Origin: Octopus vulgaris
Lineage: Eukaryota
Assembly: GCA_951406725.2 (NCBI GenBank)
Contig: OX597816.1
Span: 64,356,001-64,420,000 of the forward strand
Reading direction: 5' to 3'
Length of the DNA stretch: 64,000 nt
The stretch's first letter is position 1, and each line of letters begins with the position of its first letter. Position numbers and translations under genes: made by a program. The notes beneath the pieces were generated by a model. That model saw only the letters and a program-made list of their open reading frames with translations. It was not told the origin of the DNA and ran no database searches. Positions 1-12,349 of the stretch are shown one piece after another.

Positions 1-169
1 AAGCCTAGTACTTATTCTATCGGTCTCTTTTTGCCGAACCGCTAATGTACGGTGACGTAAACACGCCAGCATCGGCTGTCAAGCGATGTTTGGGGGACAA
101 ACACAGACACACAAACATACATACACACACACACACGCACACACATATATATATATATACATAGAAGTG

Positions 170-220
<51 letters not shown>

Positions 221-386
221 TACGACAGGTTTCTTTCAGTTTCCGTCTACCAAATCCACTCACAAGGCTTTGGTCGGCCCGAGTCTATAATAGAAGACGG
301 TTACCCAAGGTGCCACGCAGTTGGACTGAACCCGGAACCATGTGGTTGGTAAGCAAGCTACTTAACACACAGCCACTCCTACGCCT
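1..386 (-). mobile_element. tRNA-derived bipartite SINE (octopus-type), 3' end cut by window edge
   Basis: Minus-strand head AGGCGTAGGAGTGGCTGTGT..GGTTCAGTCC (A/B-box-like), internal (TA)n/(CA)n, conserved second half; about 10 homologous copies in window. Confidence 0.85.
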
Positions 387-422
387 ACACATCCAGTTTT
401 ATTCAGAAAGTTCAACACGTAT

Positions 423-601
423 AGGCGTAGGCGTGGTTACGTGGTAAGAAGCCTGCTTCCCAATCACATGGTTCTAGGTTCAGTGCCACTGCTTGGCATC
501 ATGGGCAAGTGTCTTCTACTATAGCTCGCCTAAGGGGCCGATCAAAGCCATGTGAGTGGATTTGGTAGAATGAAACCGAAAGAAGCCCCTCGTATATATA
601 T

Positions 602-680
<79 letters not shown>

Positions 681-887
681 ATACATATGTGTGTGAGTGT
701 TTGCGTGTAGTTGTCCCTCACCACTGCTTGACAACCGTCGTTGGTGTGTTTACCTCCTCATAACCTAACGGTTCGGCCTAAAAAAAACCGACAGAATAAG
801 TACCAGGCTTTAGAAATTCGACTAAACAAATTGCTGGGGGTGATTCCCATAGCATAGCCGCGGTCTAATGACTGAAACAAGCAAAAC
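423..887 (+). mobile_element. tRNA-derived bipartite SINE, head-to-head with the copy at 1-386
   Basis: AGGCGTAGGCGTGG..GGTTCAGTGCC head, GGGCAAGTGTCTTCTACTATAG, central microsatellite, ATGACTGAAACAAG tail. Confidence 0.85.
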
Positions 888-2339
888 ATATGAGTTACAC
901 AAGAGAATACTTTTAAAATTCTAACTTAAACATTTATACTCGTATCAACATTTGGTCTCCGAACATTTACCCGCTGCAGAGTTCATTTCATTTTATTTTG
1001 AATAAACAAGACATTTTCCTTTATGGTTCTTGTGTTGAATATAATTTTCTGGTTTACATTTCTATTTTGTTCATAATATTCGGTTTTTAAGCAATCAGTC
1101 CTCTGAATTGTGTTTTTTTTTTTATTATCACACACAATCCATGTTTCCGTTATTGAAATTCTCTGACGATTGCTTGCGATTCTGTCTCTATTAGTTACCG
1201 AAACTATAGCATTTCCATTTGAGTAATTCAAATATGTTCTAGAGTCTGTGGTATCTACTTTTCATGAATCATATTGCCGAATTTAATTGTTATATAGTTT
1301 CATGTATGTATTACTGTTTTAGGAGACATTTCTATTGATTCAGTTTCTCAATGTTTTCATTAGAGCAGGGGTCGGCGAACCGGAGTAAATTACCCCAAAT
1401 GGATAAAAATATAATTCTTGGGTGTAATGAGGACTCATTAGACATAAGTTAAATTATATAAAAAACGTGCTCTTTGTTACGACAGAAATTGTTCTTCCGG
1501 CAACACTGTATCTATCCAATGTAATGGCCGTGTAAATAGATTCATATAAATTGATTCAATAAAATAGATTGATTAAACCTTTTGAATTCGAAGAATCTAA
1601 GATTTTCTTCCTTTCAAATCAAGGAGGTAAACGTCCGCGTTAATGATTAGAGGAACAGAAGATATATATTTTTTTTTAATTTCCTCTTACAAGCTAGAAT
1701 AAAAATAAGGATTCTTCCGTCCTTTTCTCAAACTGCTGAAGTAGACCCCGCTGAAACCAAGCGATAACGTCGTGGTATTAAGCGAATTTTTGCTTCAGGC
1801 ATATTGTTCACCAGGCTGTAAAAACCTTATGTCGCTTCCCCTACACCCACCTCACACCTACTTCAGCTCTGGCTTACTGTGTCACCATGTGTGACTGCTT
1901 CACAACTTCTGGTCTGTTAGCAAAGTTACCGAAATTTGTCTCAATCAGGAACGTTACAATCGGCACACTCTAAAAATAGATGCTCGATGCAATCGCCTCA
2001 TCTACTATAACTAGCCGCTAAATATCAGTCTTCAACGCAGAGGATTAGTTCCGGTTTGGCTGTGTTTGTCCATAGCCATTATTTAGACAACTGCAATAGC
2101 AAAAAAGACAGCAAGGACAACAACAGGAAAAATACCTGCATTCGTTATGAAATCTTCCTCGAAGCATCGAGGATTCTTTTACAGGTATGACCTGTACAAC
2201 TCTTATAGAGAATTAACGAAGAGATCCTTTTATCTGTAATTCATTAAATAAATATCCGTCCGTGCACATCTGACCTTCACGATACACCAGAATCATATTA
2301 TATTTTATATTACCCATTGAGATTATATTGATATTCTTC

Positions 2340-3110
2340 ATCTATAACACCACCAGCAGAATCTTCTTACTGTTCCACAGTAAGAACCACTTGGTTCTTT
2401 GAATTGCGATGTTCTTCGTTTTGATTTCTTTTTCTCGTTATAAATAATGAGTTATCATGCTTTGACTGGATTTTAGGGATCGACCAATGATTCATCCTAT
2501 GTGATAACTCTGCTGAAAAAGTCCTCCTCGTTTCTTTGGCACATTGCCAAAAGAGCTTGAGAGTACTTGACTCGCTCCTGCATCTGAAAATGTGCGAACA
2601 TCCGGGGAATCCATCTTGCAGTCAACTTCCGCATATGCAAATGGTCGTATATGATTTTTTTTTTCCACGGACCCTACACTTAACTTCACTGGTTGTCGAA
2701 TAGTTATGCAGCGATCCTCGAGAATGGCGGTTCCCATTTTATGAATGGTGTTGTCATCAATGGCAGAATGTGGTTGTCCAGGAATAGGAGCAGTTTCCAG
2801 CGATGTCCGACTACATTTGAACTGGTGATGCCAGTGCTTGACTACGTTGTATGATGGTGTATCGCCACCATAAACTTCTTTCATCTCATCGAATGTCATT
2901 CTTGGTGTAGACCTTTCAAGTATAAGAACCTGATCCCTGATCGGCATCCAACTGCCTCCGTTATGACTCCTTAGTCCACTACAGCAGCCGTAAAAGCTAA
3001 ACGAATACTAGTGGAAAGCACCAATTTGCAATATGACATGTAGAGACATGTATAATTACACTTTCCGTTTCCTGTGATGACCGGAAGTGGATCAAGGGAA
3101 AGCCTCTCAT
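2340..3110 (-). pseudogene. mariner transposase relic (N-terminal HTH region)
   Basis: ORF 2492-2947: EMKEVYGGDTPSYNVVKHWHHQFKCSRTSLETAPIPGQP resembles the mariner HTH; frameshifted downstream; boundaries approximate. Confidence 0.75.
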
Positions 3111-3129
3111 GTGTGTGTAGATATGTATA

Positions 3130-3203
<74 letters not shown>

Positions 3204-3539
3204 CAAATTATATATATACATATACAAATTGAGAGAGGGGTTGTAAATGCAACCCACCATGGGATGCCATATATCCAATATACTGCTGTACCCAACAAAG
3301 TTAATACATAAATGTTAAGAATTGCGATATATATATATTTATATATATATTAATAAAAATGGTAAGACAACAAAAGAATGAAAGTTACCTCGATATTATG
3401 TAAATAGAGGAATTTATCTGTAAATGTAATATGGCTACCGAATAAGTGTCACATATTACATTTACAGATATTATATATATATATATATATATATATGGAC
3501 AAACTAACGTTTGTTTTTCTATAAGCGCTGAAATGAGTA

Positions 3540-3950
3540 TATAGATACAAATACAATAATTTATTCTCGAACGCAGAGACACCGTTAGAACAGTAGAAAC
3601 ACTGGATAAATTACCCTTACGAAGCTTAAAAGTTTGTCAACAAATAGCCATAAGACTGGAACCCTTGGAGATTCCGCTTATAAAAAAAAAAAATGTTTGT
3701 TTATATTTATATACTCGTGGTTGCACATTAGCTTTAAAAGGACCTAAAAATCAGATTAATTTAGCGTGGGACAGTTTAGCATGAAGATAGAGCATTTGGT
3801 CGAACCCTTCAAGAAATATAGGTTCGAGTCCCATCACTATTTGTTGACAAATTTTTCCGCTTTGTAAGGGTAATTCACGCAATGTTCTCGCTGTTCTAAC
3901 GGAATTTCTGCGTTCGAAAATACATTATCATCTTGTTTGTATCTATATAG
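3540..3950. repeat. diverged inverted pair of a tRNA-related SINE-like element
   Basis: 3540-3665 is a diverged reverse complement of 3820-3950; the plus copy has B-box-like GGTTCGAGTCCC at about 3821. Confidence 0.55.
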
Positions 3951-4170
3951 TATTATTAAGGGATATCACTCCTACGCCCACAACATAATTAGTATGTTTT
4001 CATTTTAATATGAAATATGAGTATGACAACACCGGCAGGGTTATTTACTTACATATGTACAGCTATGAACATAGCAGTTCAATGGCTTTCTTTATGCTTC
4101 TTTATATTCATCCATCTTTTCCATGTGCATGGGTGTGTGTTATGTATGGAGGTATAAACGTGTGTTATTG

Positions 4171-4201
<31 letters not shown>

Positions 4202-4619
4202 GTATGTGTGTGTGTGTGTGTGTATGAATGAGCGTATGGTTTATGCCCTTTTTATTTTTTTAACAAAATAAAGCGTATGAGATAATATTTCTCATATAGC
4301 ATTCGATGATTTAACATTATGTGTCATATCAACAACTAGCTGCTCGAAGCAATAATCCATCACTTTGTTCATTTTGATTCCCAATATATATTTCATCAGA
4401 ATAAAATTCATACAGTGTTCCACCAGTAACAGACTATGTATGTCAATGATGACGAAGAGATATCATATATCGTTCCTTATTTCTTCAATTTTCTCGGCGT
4501 TCGAGTTTTCGCTCGCTCCACCTCTATGCGCTTATTTTAATACTATTATTATTCTTTGTTTTCTTTCTTTTCTTCCCTTGAGTTATCTATGCAACGTCTC
4601 AGCTCCTGCTCGCATCTTA

Positions 4620-5040
4620 GAGTCACAACACCTTTCTCACACCCGTGTGTTGTTCCAAGTATGCTGCCAACCGTGAACGTTCTATAAAGTTTGGTATTTG
4701 CGGTTTTTCACGCCAGAATATTACTGTCTTGGGGCTGGTACCAAGTGCTCCGATCGAAATTGGTAACACACTGACTTTTGAGATTCCATGGATGCATTTC
4801 ACGTCCAAGACTTGGTATTTCTTTTCTCGTACTCTCTCTCTTCAGAATAATCTGGTCTGCTACGTCGATGAAGGTTCATAATTTGGAACACTCCGAGGAA
4901 GAGTGATGGTTGGTCGCTTATGCTTCAGCTTTTCATCAATGTATATTTGCATATCCCATGTGAGTTTCACTTGGTAATTCCTTGCTAGTGGCAGAGGTTG
5001 TTTCTCATATCACTTGTTTGACCATTCTAGCCCATATGTC
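4620..5040 (-). pseudogene. restriction-like endonuclease (RLE) 3' end of an R4/Dong-like non-LTR retrotransposon
   Basis: Minus translation QPLPLARNYQVKLTWDMQIYIDEKLKHKRP.. and VSVLPISIGALG match the RLE C-terminal pattern. Confidence 0.65.
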
Positions 5041-5045
5041 CAACA

Positions 5046-6000
5046 CAGGGATCACCAAACTACGGTCTACCACTGCACTGTAGCTTTTGTGTAAGAACGT
5101 GCATTGAGGGTTCATTCCTGCAGCGATCGTGTTTTAACTTGCATTGCGGTATTTAAACATTCTTTTTCCGAGAATGCTTGCTGAAATGGAATCTGTCACT
5201 CGCACAAGTAACAAAATCCTGCATTCGATGGCAGAGCGAGGAAAACCGTTTACTGACAGCAGCAACTTCACCAAAGATTGTATGATGGAAGTTGCTAATG
5301 GCTTGTGTCTTGAGAAATTTTGGAATTCTCCGACTTTTAGCAAGTTCATTTGTGCAGAGAACAAGAACTTGGAGAGAAAATAGTGCTATAGATACGCGAG
5401 AAATCTAGGAACTTCTTGTGGCATTATCTAGCGAATACGTCACAACTTCTCGTGTTCATTTGTGGGGTCAATTTGAACTTTCAAATCACAGAAGTGTTGG
5501 TGTCCGTTTGCAACAACAACTGGAGAAGACATTTTCATATGAGTGCAGAAAACTTTCAGTGGAATCATCTTCAAAGTGTTACACTTGATGGAGGAAAATA
5601 CATGGCTGAAGTGAGGGAAGGTCTAGTGAGGCAGACCAAGACAGAGTTGGAAGGTTTTCATCTCCCGGCCGCTCGGTTTATACACTGCATTATACATCAG
5701 CAAGCACTCAGTGAGAAAGACTAGGATATTTCTTGTCTGCTGAAACCAGTTGTTTCTGCGGTGAACTTCATTCGAGGTCATGCACTTGGTCACCACCAGT
5801 TCTACGCTTTTCTTGTAGAAATTGATTCTGAATTCTTGACTTAACTTATCACACACGAGTGAGGTGACTCAGCTACGGCAAAGTCCTGTTTCGCTTTTGT
5901 AAGCTCCGAAGAGAAATAGATATTTTTCTCACCAAAAGTATAGTTGATCCACTTCTATCAGATCCTACATTACTGTCAAAGTTGTCACTTTTCATAATTT
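5046..6000 (+). mobile_element. hAT (Charlie/GTF2IRD2-like) DNA transposon relic
   Basis: Left TIR-like CAGGGATCACCAAACTACGG at 5046; transposase motifs GKPFTD..KDCM, FICGVN..QITE, IHCIIHQQAL; stops and frameshifts; right end not found. Confidence 0.75.
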
Positions 6001-7000
6001 CTGTTGTTGATTTTCCTCATAACTGTATTACTGGAACATGTTTTTGCATATGTTGGCTACTTCGTAATTTGAAATCGTATTGGTTTTCTAACATTCTTTA
6101 CAAGATATATTTTTTATAGTACAACTGATATTTCGTAATACATATCTAGCTTTCTAATACGCTAACTTCTTCCCTGTATTTGTGGTAAATATAAATTTTT
6201 TGTGTGAGATTTTGCATGTTGTATTTTCTCAAACTTTCATTATTTTCCTGTCTATTGCTGCTAAATTTTTTACTGTCTAATTGAAAATAATATTGCTATA
6301 ACTCATAAGTGTGTCGGTCAGATTACTGTACTTTTTGAGGGCGCTCAGCTCTGTAATAAGCATAAAATATATACGTCTCTAATATTCTTTCTTATTTTTC
6401 GTTTCAATATGTGTGCTGCATACAGTCTAGATCATTAATTTTAAAGTACACCCTTGTGAGTGTTTGTATAATTGTCTTATCTCAATTTATTTACCTAGTA
6501 AATCCTTATAGTTTTAAGCAATACTTTTTACATATGATCTGAAGTAGACAACTTGAATACATCTATATAGCAAGGTGGTTATTTCCATTATCATAGCATT
6601 TTTGCTAGTCTACATTTCTGTAAACATATTGGATGAATTTCTCATCATAAAATACAAAAGGTTTGGATAGGTTTTAGAAAGACCTTTTCTTGTTCTGTGA
6701 CTGTAAAATTGGTGTCATTTACTCATTACATTGTATGTAGCTATGTAGGTTATTCCTAACCACACCATTGTAGTTATAACTAATATGTCTGCGATCACAT
6801 GTGGGAAGCTGCTAAAAGACTTTTGTATACAATCAAGGCTATTTCCCAGAGAATTCGTTCTCTTGCAGTTCTCGCTTATGTCTTCCCTAATCGATAACTG
6901 ATCTGTACAGCCAGGCGATCTTTTTCAATATCCTATTTGCTTTTTCGAGAGTGGCTTTAATGTTTGTCTTTGTTTTTTTTTTGTTTTTTTTTTTTGTGTG
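6000..7000 (-). pseudogene. highly degraded R4/Dong-like reverse transcriptase
   Basis: Frameshift-corrected minus reading gives PGCTDQL..ISENCK and an AWIDYKKAFDSVPH-like stretch near 6800-6920; same strand as the RLE at 4620-5040. Confidence 0.45.
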
Positions 7001-7532
7001 TGGCTGTGTCTATATCTTCACTGTGAATTAGTTGCGCTTAAAAAATGCTAGGCTTTAGAATAAGTTATAAAACCACTATATTGATTACTAATTCGTTTTC
7101 CTGATAACATCATGGCAACATAATTTCATAATCGAAATATATTCTCGGAGAAAATATAAAACAATTGTTGACGTTTATCATACTGACACCTCTTTAAAGT
7201 ATGTCAAAACACTGGCTGTCACAAAGCCTCTTGTACTAAAGAATTGGGAGTCGTGTGAGTGTACATTTATAATAAAGAATGAAATATTTTCCTGTGAAGA
7301 AACACAACAGCGATTAGCATAGTCACGTCGGAATCTGCCGAAATGTATTAAAATTAAGCATGCGATGATCGTTGTAATTCTCGATGTTCACTTTGCAAAT
7401 CACTATTATATAAGTATATGTACGTATATATATAACGGGAAGCTTTATGAAAATAGACAAAAGACGAAGGCAGGTGGAAAACAAACAAACAATTGTATTA
7501 GTATGGCGCTCAGGAAATATAAATAAAACAAG

Positions 7533-7570
7533 TCTTTAACGTTTCGAGCCTACGCTCTTCAACAGAAAGA
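7533..7570 (-). ncRNA. hammerhead-like motif (type I, variant core CUGUUGA) in the PLE 3' terminal region
   Basis: UCUUU-CUGUUGA-A-GAGC-GUAG-GCUC-GAAA-CG-UU-AAAGA: perfect stems I and II, palindromic ACGU stem III. Confidence 0.65.
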
Positions 7571-7740
7571 TACACAGAGAGAAAAAAAACACAGAAAGAA
7601 GGAGAGAAAAAAAATGCGTGCAGTAACTAACGAATCAACATGGCGATCTGATTTCGGCCAGAGGTCAAAGATCAAACATGAGACGCGAGAGCGAAATAAG
7701 GGGAGATAATAGGGTTGATAATAGGGTTGAATGACCAGCT

Positions 7741-8090
7741 ATTAGTGCGTAGGAGGGGTCTGGACGTGTGTATGTATAGGGTTGGTGTATGTATTAGTAT
7801 GTATTAGTATGTATAAGGGTGTGTGTGTGTGTGTGTGTGTATGAGAGAGTATTAGTGCGTAGGATAGGTCTGGACGTGCGTATGTATGGGGTTGGTGTAT
7901 GCATTAGTATGTATTAGTATGTATTAGTACGTATTAGCATGTATAAGTGTGTGTGTGTGTGTATGAGAGAGTATAAGTGCGTATGAGGGGTCTGGACGTG
8001 TGTATGTATAGGGTTGGTGTATGTATTAGTATGTATTAGTATGTATTAGTACGTATTAGTATGTATTAGTTGGTGTATGTATTAGTATGG
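7741..8090. repeat. about 110-120 bp minisatellite (3 copies) in the PLE 3' UTR
   Basis: Repeated GGTCTGGACGTGTGTATGTATAGGGTTGGTGTATGTATTAGT with internal (ATGTATTAGT)n. Confidence 0.85.
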
Positions 8091-11000
8091 CACATCATAT
8101 ATGATGTGATGTGTAAAGTCGTGTGGTGTAGTGAGGAGAAGAGGGGGAGGGAAGAAGAGAGGGGAAGGGGAGGGGAATAAGAGGGAGGGGAGGGGAGTGG
8201 GAGAAGGAGGGGGAGGAAGGAGGAAAGAGGGAGAGGGGAGAGAGAAGGGGAGTGAGGGAGCAGAGGGAAGAGGGAAGGAGGGAGGGAGAAAGAGGGAAGA
8301 AGGGAAGGGGAGTAGGGGTGAAAGGGTGAAGGACTGAAGAAGTAGGGGTCGGGGGGAAGGATAGGTGAGGAGGGGGAGAGGGGGTTAGATGAGGAGGGGG
8401 GAGAGTTGAGACCAAATGGCGTATAAGAGCGAAGAGAGAAGATTAATTCCTGTTCACGGCGCAAACGGGAATCCGGATGGCCTCTGTGTAAGGACAAACC
8501 GAACACAGATAGGTGTTGCAAGGAGTGACCGGTGGAGCGGAAATGGCGTGAGACCGGTGTGTCGTTCGCAAGTTGGATGTCACGAAGGTGTTCCGCGAAC
8601 CGGTCAGCCAAGCGGCGTCCCGTTTGTCCGATGTACAAGGAATTGCAGAGAGAGCAAGAGATGCAATAGATAATATTGCTGGAGGTGCAGGTGAAGGAGT
8701 TGGATGATGGGATAGGGTCGATGGTGGGTGCTAGTGAGGCGGGTGGTGTTGGAGAGGTAAGGGCAAGTGCGGCAACGTGGGCGGGAGCAGGGGAACGAGC
8801 CGGGTTGGGAGGTAGGGTCAGGGAAGGAGCTATGGACCAAAAGGTCTCGAAGGTTGTGGGCTCGTTTGAAAGAGGGGAGGGGTCGGTTAGGGAAGAGGTG
8901 TGAAGTGGACGGGTCGGACTGGAGATGACGGAAAGCTCGAAGAATGGTGCGTTGGAGAGGTAGGGTCGTGGGGTGGTAAGTGAGGGGAAAAGGGAGGCGG
9001 GAGACTACAGGGCGGGTTCGGGGAGAGAGAGCAGATACACGGTCCACGGACCGTGCTCTGGCAAGGGCGGTGTGGATAGTTGTGAGGGGGTATCCACGTA
9101 GGGTGAAGTGGCGAGCCATACGTTGAGACTGAGTCTCAAAGTCATGGTCGTCACTACAGAGCCTACGTAGACGGAGGAATTGGGAATAGGGGATGGAAAG
9201 CTTGGTGTGTTCTGGGTGGGAGGAAGAGAAGTTGAGGTATGAGTGTGAGTCTGTGTGTTTGTAGTGAATGGAGGTGGTAAGAGTGGAGTGAAGAATGCTA
9301 ACCGAAATGTCGAGGAAGGAGACAGAGGTGTTGGAGATAGTGGAAGTGAAGTGGAGGGCTGGATGGAAAGATTGGACGAAAGAGAGGAAGGAATCTAGAT
9401 GTTCACGGGAGAGTGAGGTGGCACCGATAATGTCGTCAATGTAACGACCATATAGTTCAGGAGTGGGACCAGTGAAATTAGAGAATATTTGGGCCTCAAC
9501 ATAGCCAACGAACAGGTTCGCATAGTTAGGGCCCATTCGCGTTCCCATGGCCACTCCCGAGACCTGATGGTAGAACTCACCCGCGAACGAGAAGCAGTTC
9601 AGAGTAAGGACAAGTTCGGCCAGACGAATGAGTGGAGGTGTCAGGTACAGGGTTAGAGCGGAGGTCAAGAAAGTGTCGAAGGGCCTGCAGTCCTTCGTGG
9701 TCAGGGATAACAGTATAGAGGCTTTGGATGTCCATAGTAAAAAGGATTTTGGAGGAGCCGGGAGGAAAGGAGAAAGAGTTGAAAAGCCGGAGAGCACGGT
9801 TGGTATCGTGGATGTGGGAGGGAAGAGATGCCACTAGGGGGGCAAGGACACGGTCAAGGTATTTAGAGATGAGCTCCGTGGGGCAGTTACAGGCGGAGAC
9901 GATGGGGCGGCCAGGGTTGTTCGGTTTGTGGATTTTGGGGAGGAAGTAAATGGTGGGGGTACGTGGGGTTCGCACAATTAGGTTGGATGCGGTGCGGGGG
10001 AGACGGGAGGACGAGATGAGGTCGCGGACAGTAGAGGATACCGTCTGTTGGTAGCTACGTGTGGGGTTAGAGGGCAGAGGGGAATAGAAGGAGGTGTCAT
10101 TGAGTTGGCGGAAAGCCTCGGCCCTATAGAGGTCCGCGCGCCACACCACTACAGCTCCACCCTTGTCAGCCGGTTTGATGATAATGTCAGCGCGCCGTTG
10201 GAGGGAACGAAGAGCCAAGAGCTCAGCCGGGGAGATGTTGAGGCGGCGTTGGCGCCTGGAGAAGTTGAACCGCTCCAATGCACGCTGACAAGCGCCCGCG
10301 AAAAGATCCACTGCTAGGATCTTGCCAGGGGCAGGCGTCCACGGGGATGGTCGGCGGCCCAGGCCAGTGAAGCAGTCCTCTTCGTTGGGTGTGGGTGGCG
10401 TGTCGTGGTAATGCGCACCCAACCGGACACGGCGCACAAAGCTGTGGACATCAACTCGCGTCTGGAATTCCTTACAGGATGGAGTGAGGGGGATGAAACG
10501 TAGACCCCTACCAAGGACGGAGCGTTCAGCCGCAGAGAGGGGAAGATCGGGGGAAATGGTAACAACAGACGGAAGTGGAGAAGGGGTGTGTGGAATAGAA
10601 GGGGTGTAGGGAGGGGCAGTGGGGTTAGGTGTGGGTGGATGGAGCCTATCGGGAGGGGAGAAGGGTGGTGGAGGAGTTGGGGTAGTGGCGTTGGGTAGGG
10701 TGGAATGGAAGAGTGATTGGAGTTTACGAAGTTTGGTATCAGAAAGAAATTGATGGAAGAGTTGATTCAAATGGATAATGAAGCGTAGCTTGTTTGGAGC
10801 ATAGAGAGGCGGCAGAGAGGAGAAGAAGGTGGAGAAAGCAGGAGGAAGAAGGCGGTTGATGGCATGTAGTTTGGAGAGATTGGAGCGAATGGTGGCCCGC
10901 ATAATGCGGTAAGATGTGGTGCGGAGTATGGGTAAGATGGAAGAATCCGAGTGGAGAGCAGGGTGGAAGTGGAGGCGGAAACCTTTAGGGATGAGTCGGT

Positions 11001-11164
11001 GATGTAGGCAGCGGCTTAGGAAAGAGACATGGCTAGAGAAGCGGGTTTTTTAAAAAGAAGTAGAGAGAGATTAACGGACGGCTGAAGGCAATATACAGGA
11101 GAGAACGGAGATGATCCTTCAAACGGTGATGGAGGGTGAGGAGGTAGGACCTAGGATCCGGCAT
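8066..11164 (-). pseudogene. PLE polyprotein (N-term, RT, Cys linker, GIY-YIG endonuclease) broken by three small frameshifts
   Basis: FLSRCLHHRLIPKG; IKPADKGGAVVV; LPKIHKPNNPGRPIVS; TMDIQSLYT; GVAMGTRMGPNYANLF; RYIDD; CSRPRCRTC; IYCISCSLC..YIGQTGRRLADRFAEH. Frameshifts near 11050, 9631 and 8703; no internal stops seen. Confidence 0.9.
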
Positions 11165-11572
11165 GATGGGATAGCAGAAAAAAAAACAAACGTTCGAAAA
11201 AACAAAAAAAAACAAAAAACAAAAAATTATCGTATGAAAAAAATAGAAAAAAAGGGGATAGCGAAAAAAGGGGAAAAAACAAACGTTCAAAAAAACAAAA
11301 AAATAATAATCGTATGAAAAAACTAGATAAGTAAGCGATAGGGGCAGAAAAGACGGGGCAAACGGAAAAGGGAAAGAAAGAAGGGAAGCAGAGAGAGGGG
11401 GAGGCAAAAAAGGGGGGTGCAGGCAGAGGAAACAGAGTATGGACATCCAGAGAGGGAAGAAAGACGGAAAGGAGAACAAAAATGCAGGAAAATATGGAAA
11501 GCATGAAATGAATGTAAAAAAAGTGGTAATATATGAGAAAATAAAAATACAACAATAATTATATATATATAT

Positions 11573-11735
11573 CCCTTCCTTTTCCTATGTTTCTGACGAA
11601 GCACTCCGCTCGAAACGTTAAATCCTCCTACTTTCTTTCCTTTCCTGAGCGTCCAATAACACTCTATACTTGTTCCACGTCCTCGCGTTGTTGTGTTTTC
11701 TCTTTGTGTTTTCATGTTTGAATCAACTTTATGTA
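11573..11735 (+). mobile_element. inverted PLE terminal-repeat fragment with HHR motif (11589-11624)
   Basis: CTGACGA-A-GCACTCCGCTC-GAAA-CGTT followed by TTTCCTGAGCG as in the 7435-7660 terminus; opposite orientation; diverged. Confidence 0.65.
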
Positions 11736-11744
11736 TGTACATAC

Positions 11745-11800
<56 letters not shown>

Positions 11801-11840
11801 ATGTATATATATATATTTGTGTGTGTGTGTGTGTGTGCGT

Positions 11841-12349
11841 GTGGTTTCGGTCGTTCTGACTGCTTCTTCTAGCGTGTAAAGCTGCCTCTTAAAGGTAGCT
11901 TCTCTTGTATTTAAATGTACACTATTTTATATTGAGAATATGTTGTCTATTGACTTTTTTTATCGATATTAGGCAAGTGGTAGTGAAATTTCAATAAAAA
12001 TATCTTTTACGTATATGATTTTAGCATTTTCAGAAAATTAGTTCGACTGAAACTGCGCTTGCGCGGTGGATTTAGAAAATTATAATATATAATCATGAGA
12101 GTCGTGTTTTCTCTAAATTATGTTAATGTTATGGCACGGCCACTGATGAGAATCTCGCCTGGCAAATTATTTTATTTGCTAAATAAAATTCGAAACCTAG
12201 GTATGACCGTAAAAATAACACGGTAAAAGTTTTCATCTTTCATTTCCTTCGAAATTGCTCCTAAACGAAGTTTGGGTCGTTTTGACTGCTTCTTCTAGCG
12301 TGTAAAGCTGCCTCTTAAAGGCAGCTTCTGTTGTGTTTAAATGTACACT

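Larger units (their letters stand above)
7435..11560 (-). mobile_element. Penelope-like retroelement (Neptune-like), near full length, bounded by (TA)n
   Basis: Long RT + GIY-YIG reading frame, 3' terminal region with an HHR motif, TA runs at both ends, GC content far above flanks. Confidence 0.93.

Noticed and set aside
1366-1753. hAT-type MITE starting CAGGGGTCGGCGAAC
   Set aside because: Right TIR match is weak and no 8 bp TSD found
3770-3835. tRNA gene
   Set aside because: B-box-like motif only; no cloverleaf; better explained as a SINE head
8416-10317. Plus-strand ORFs overlapping the PLE
   Set aside because: Antisense shadows of a GC-rich coding region; no recognisable motifs
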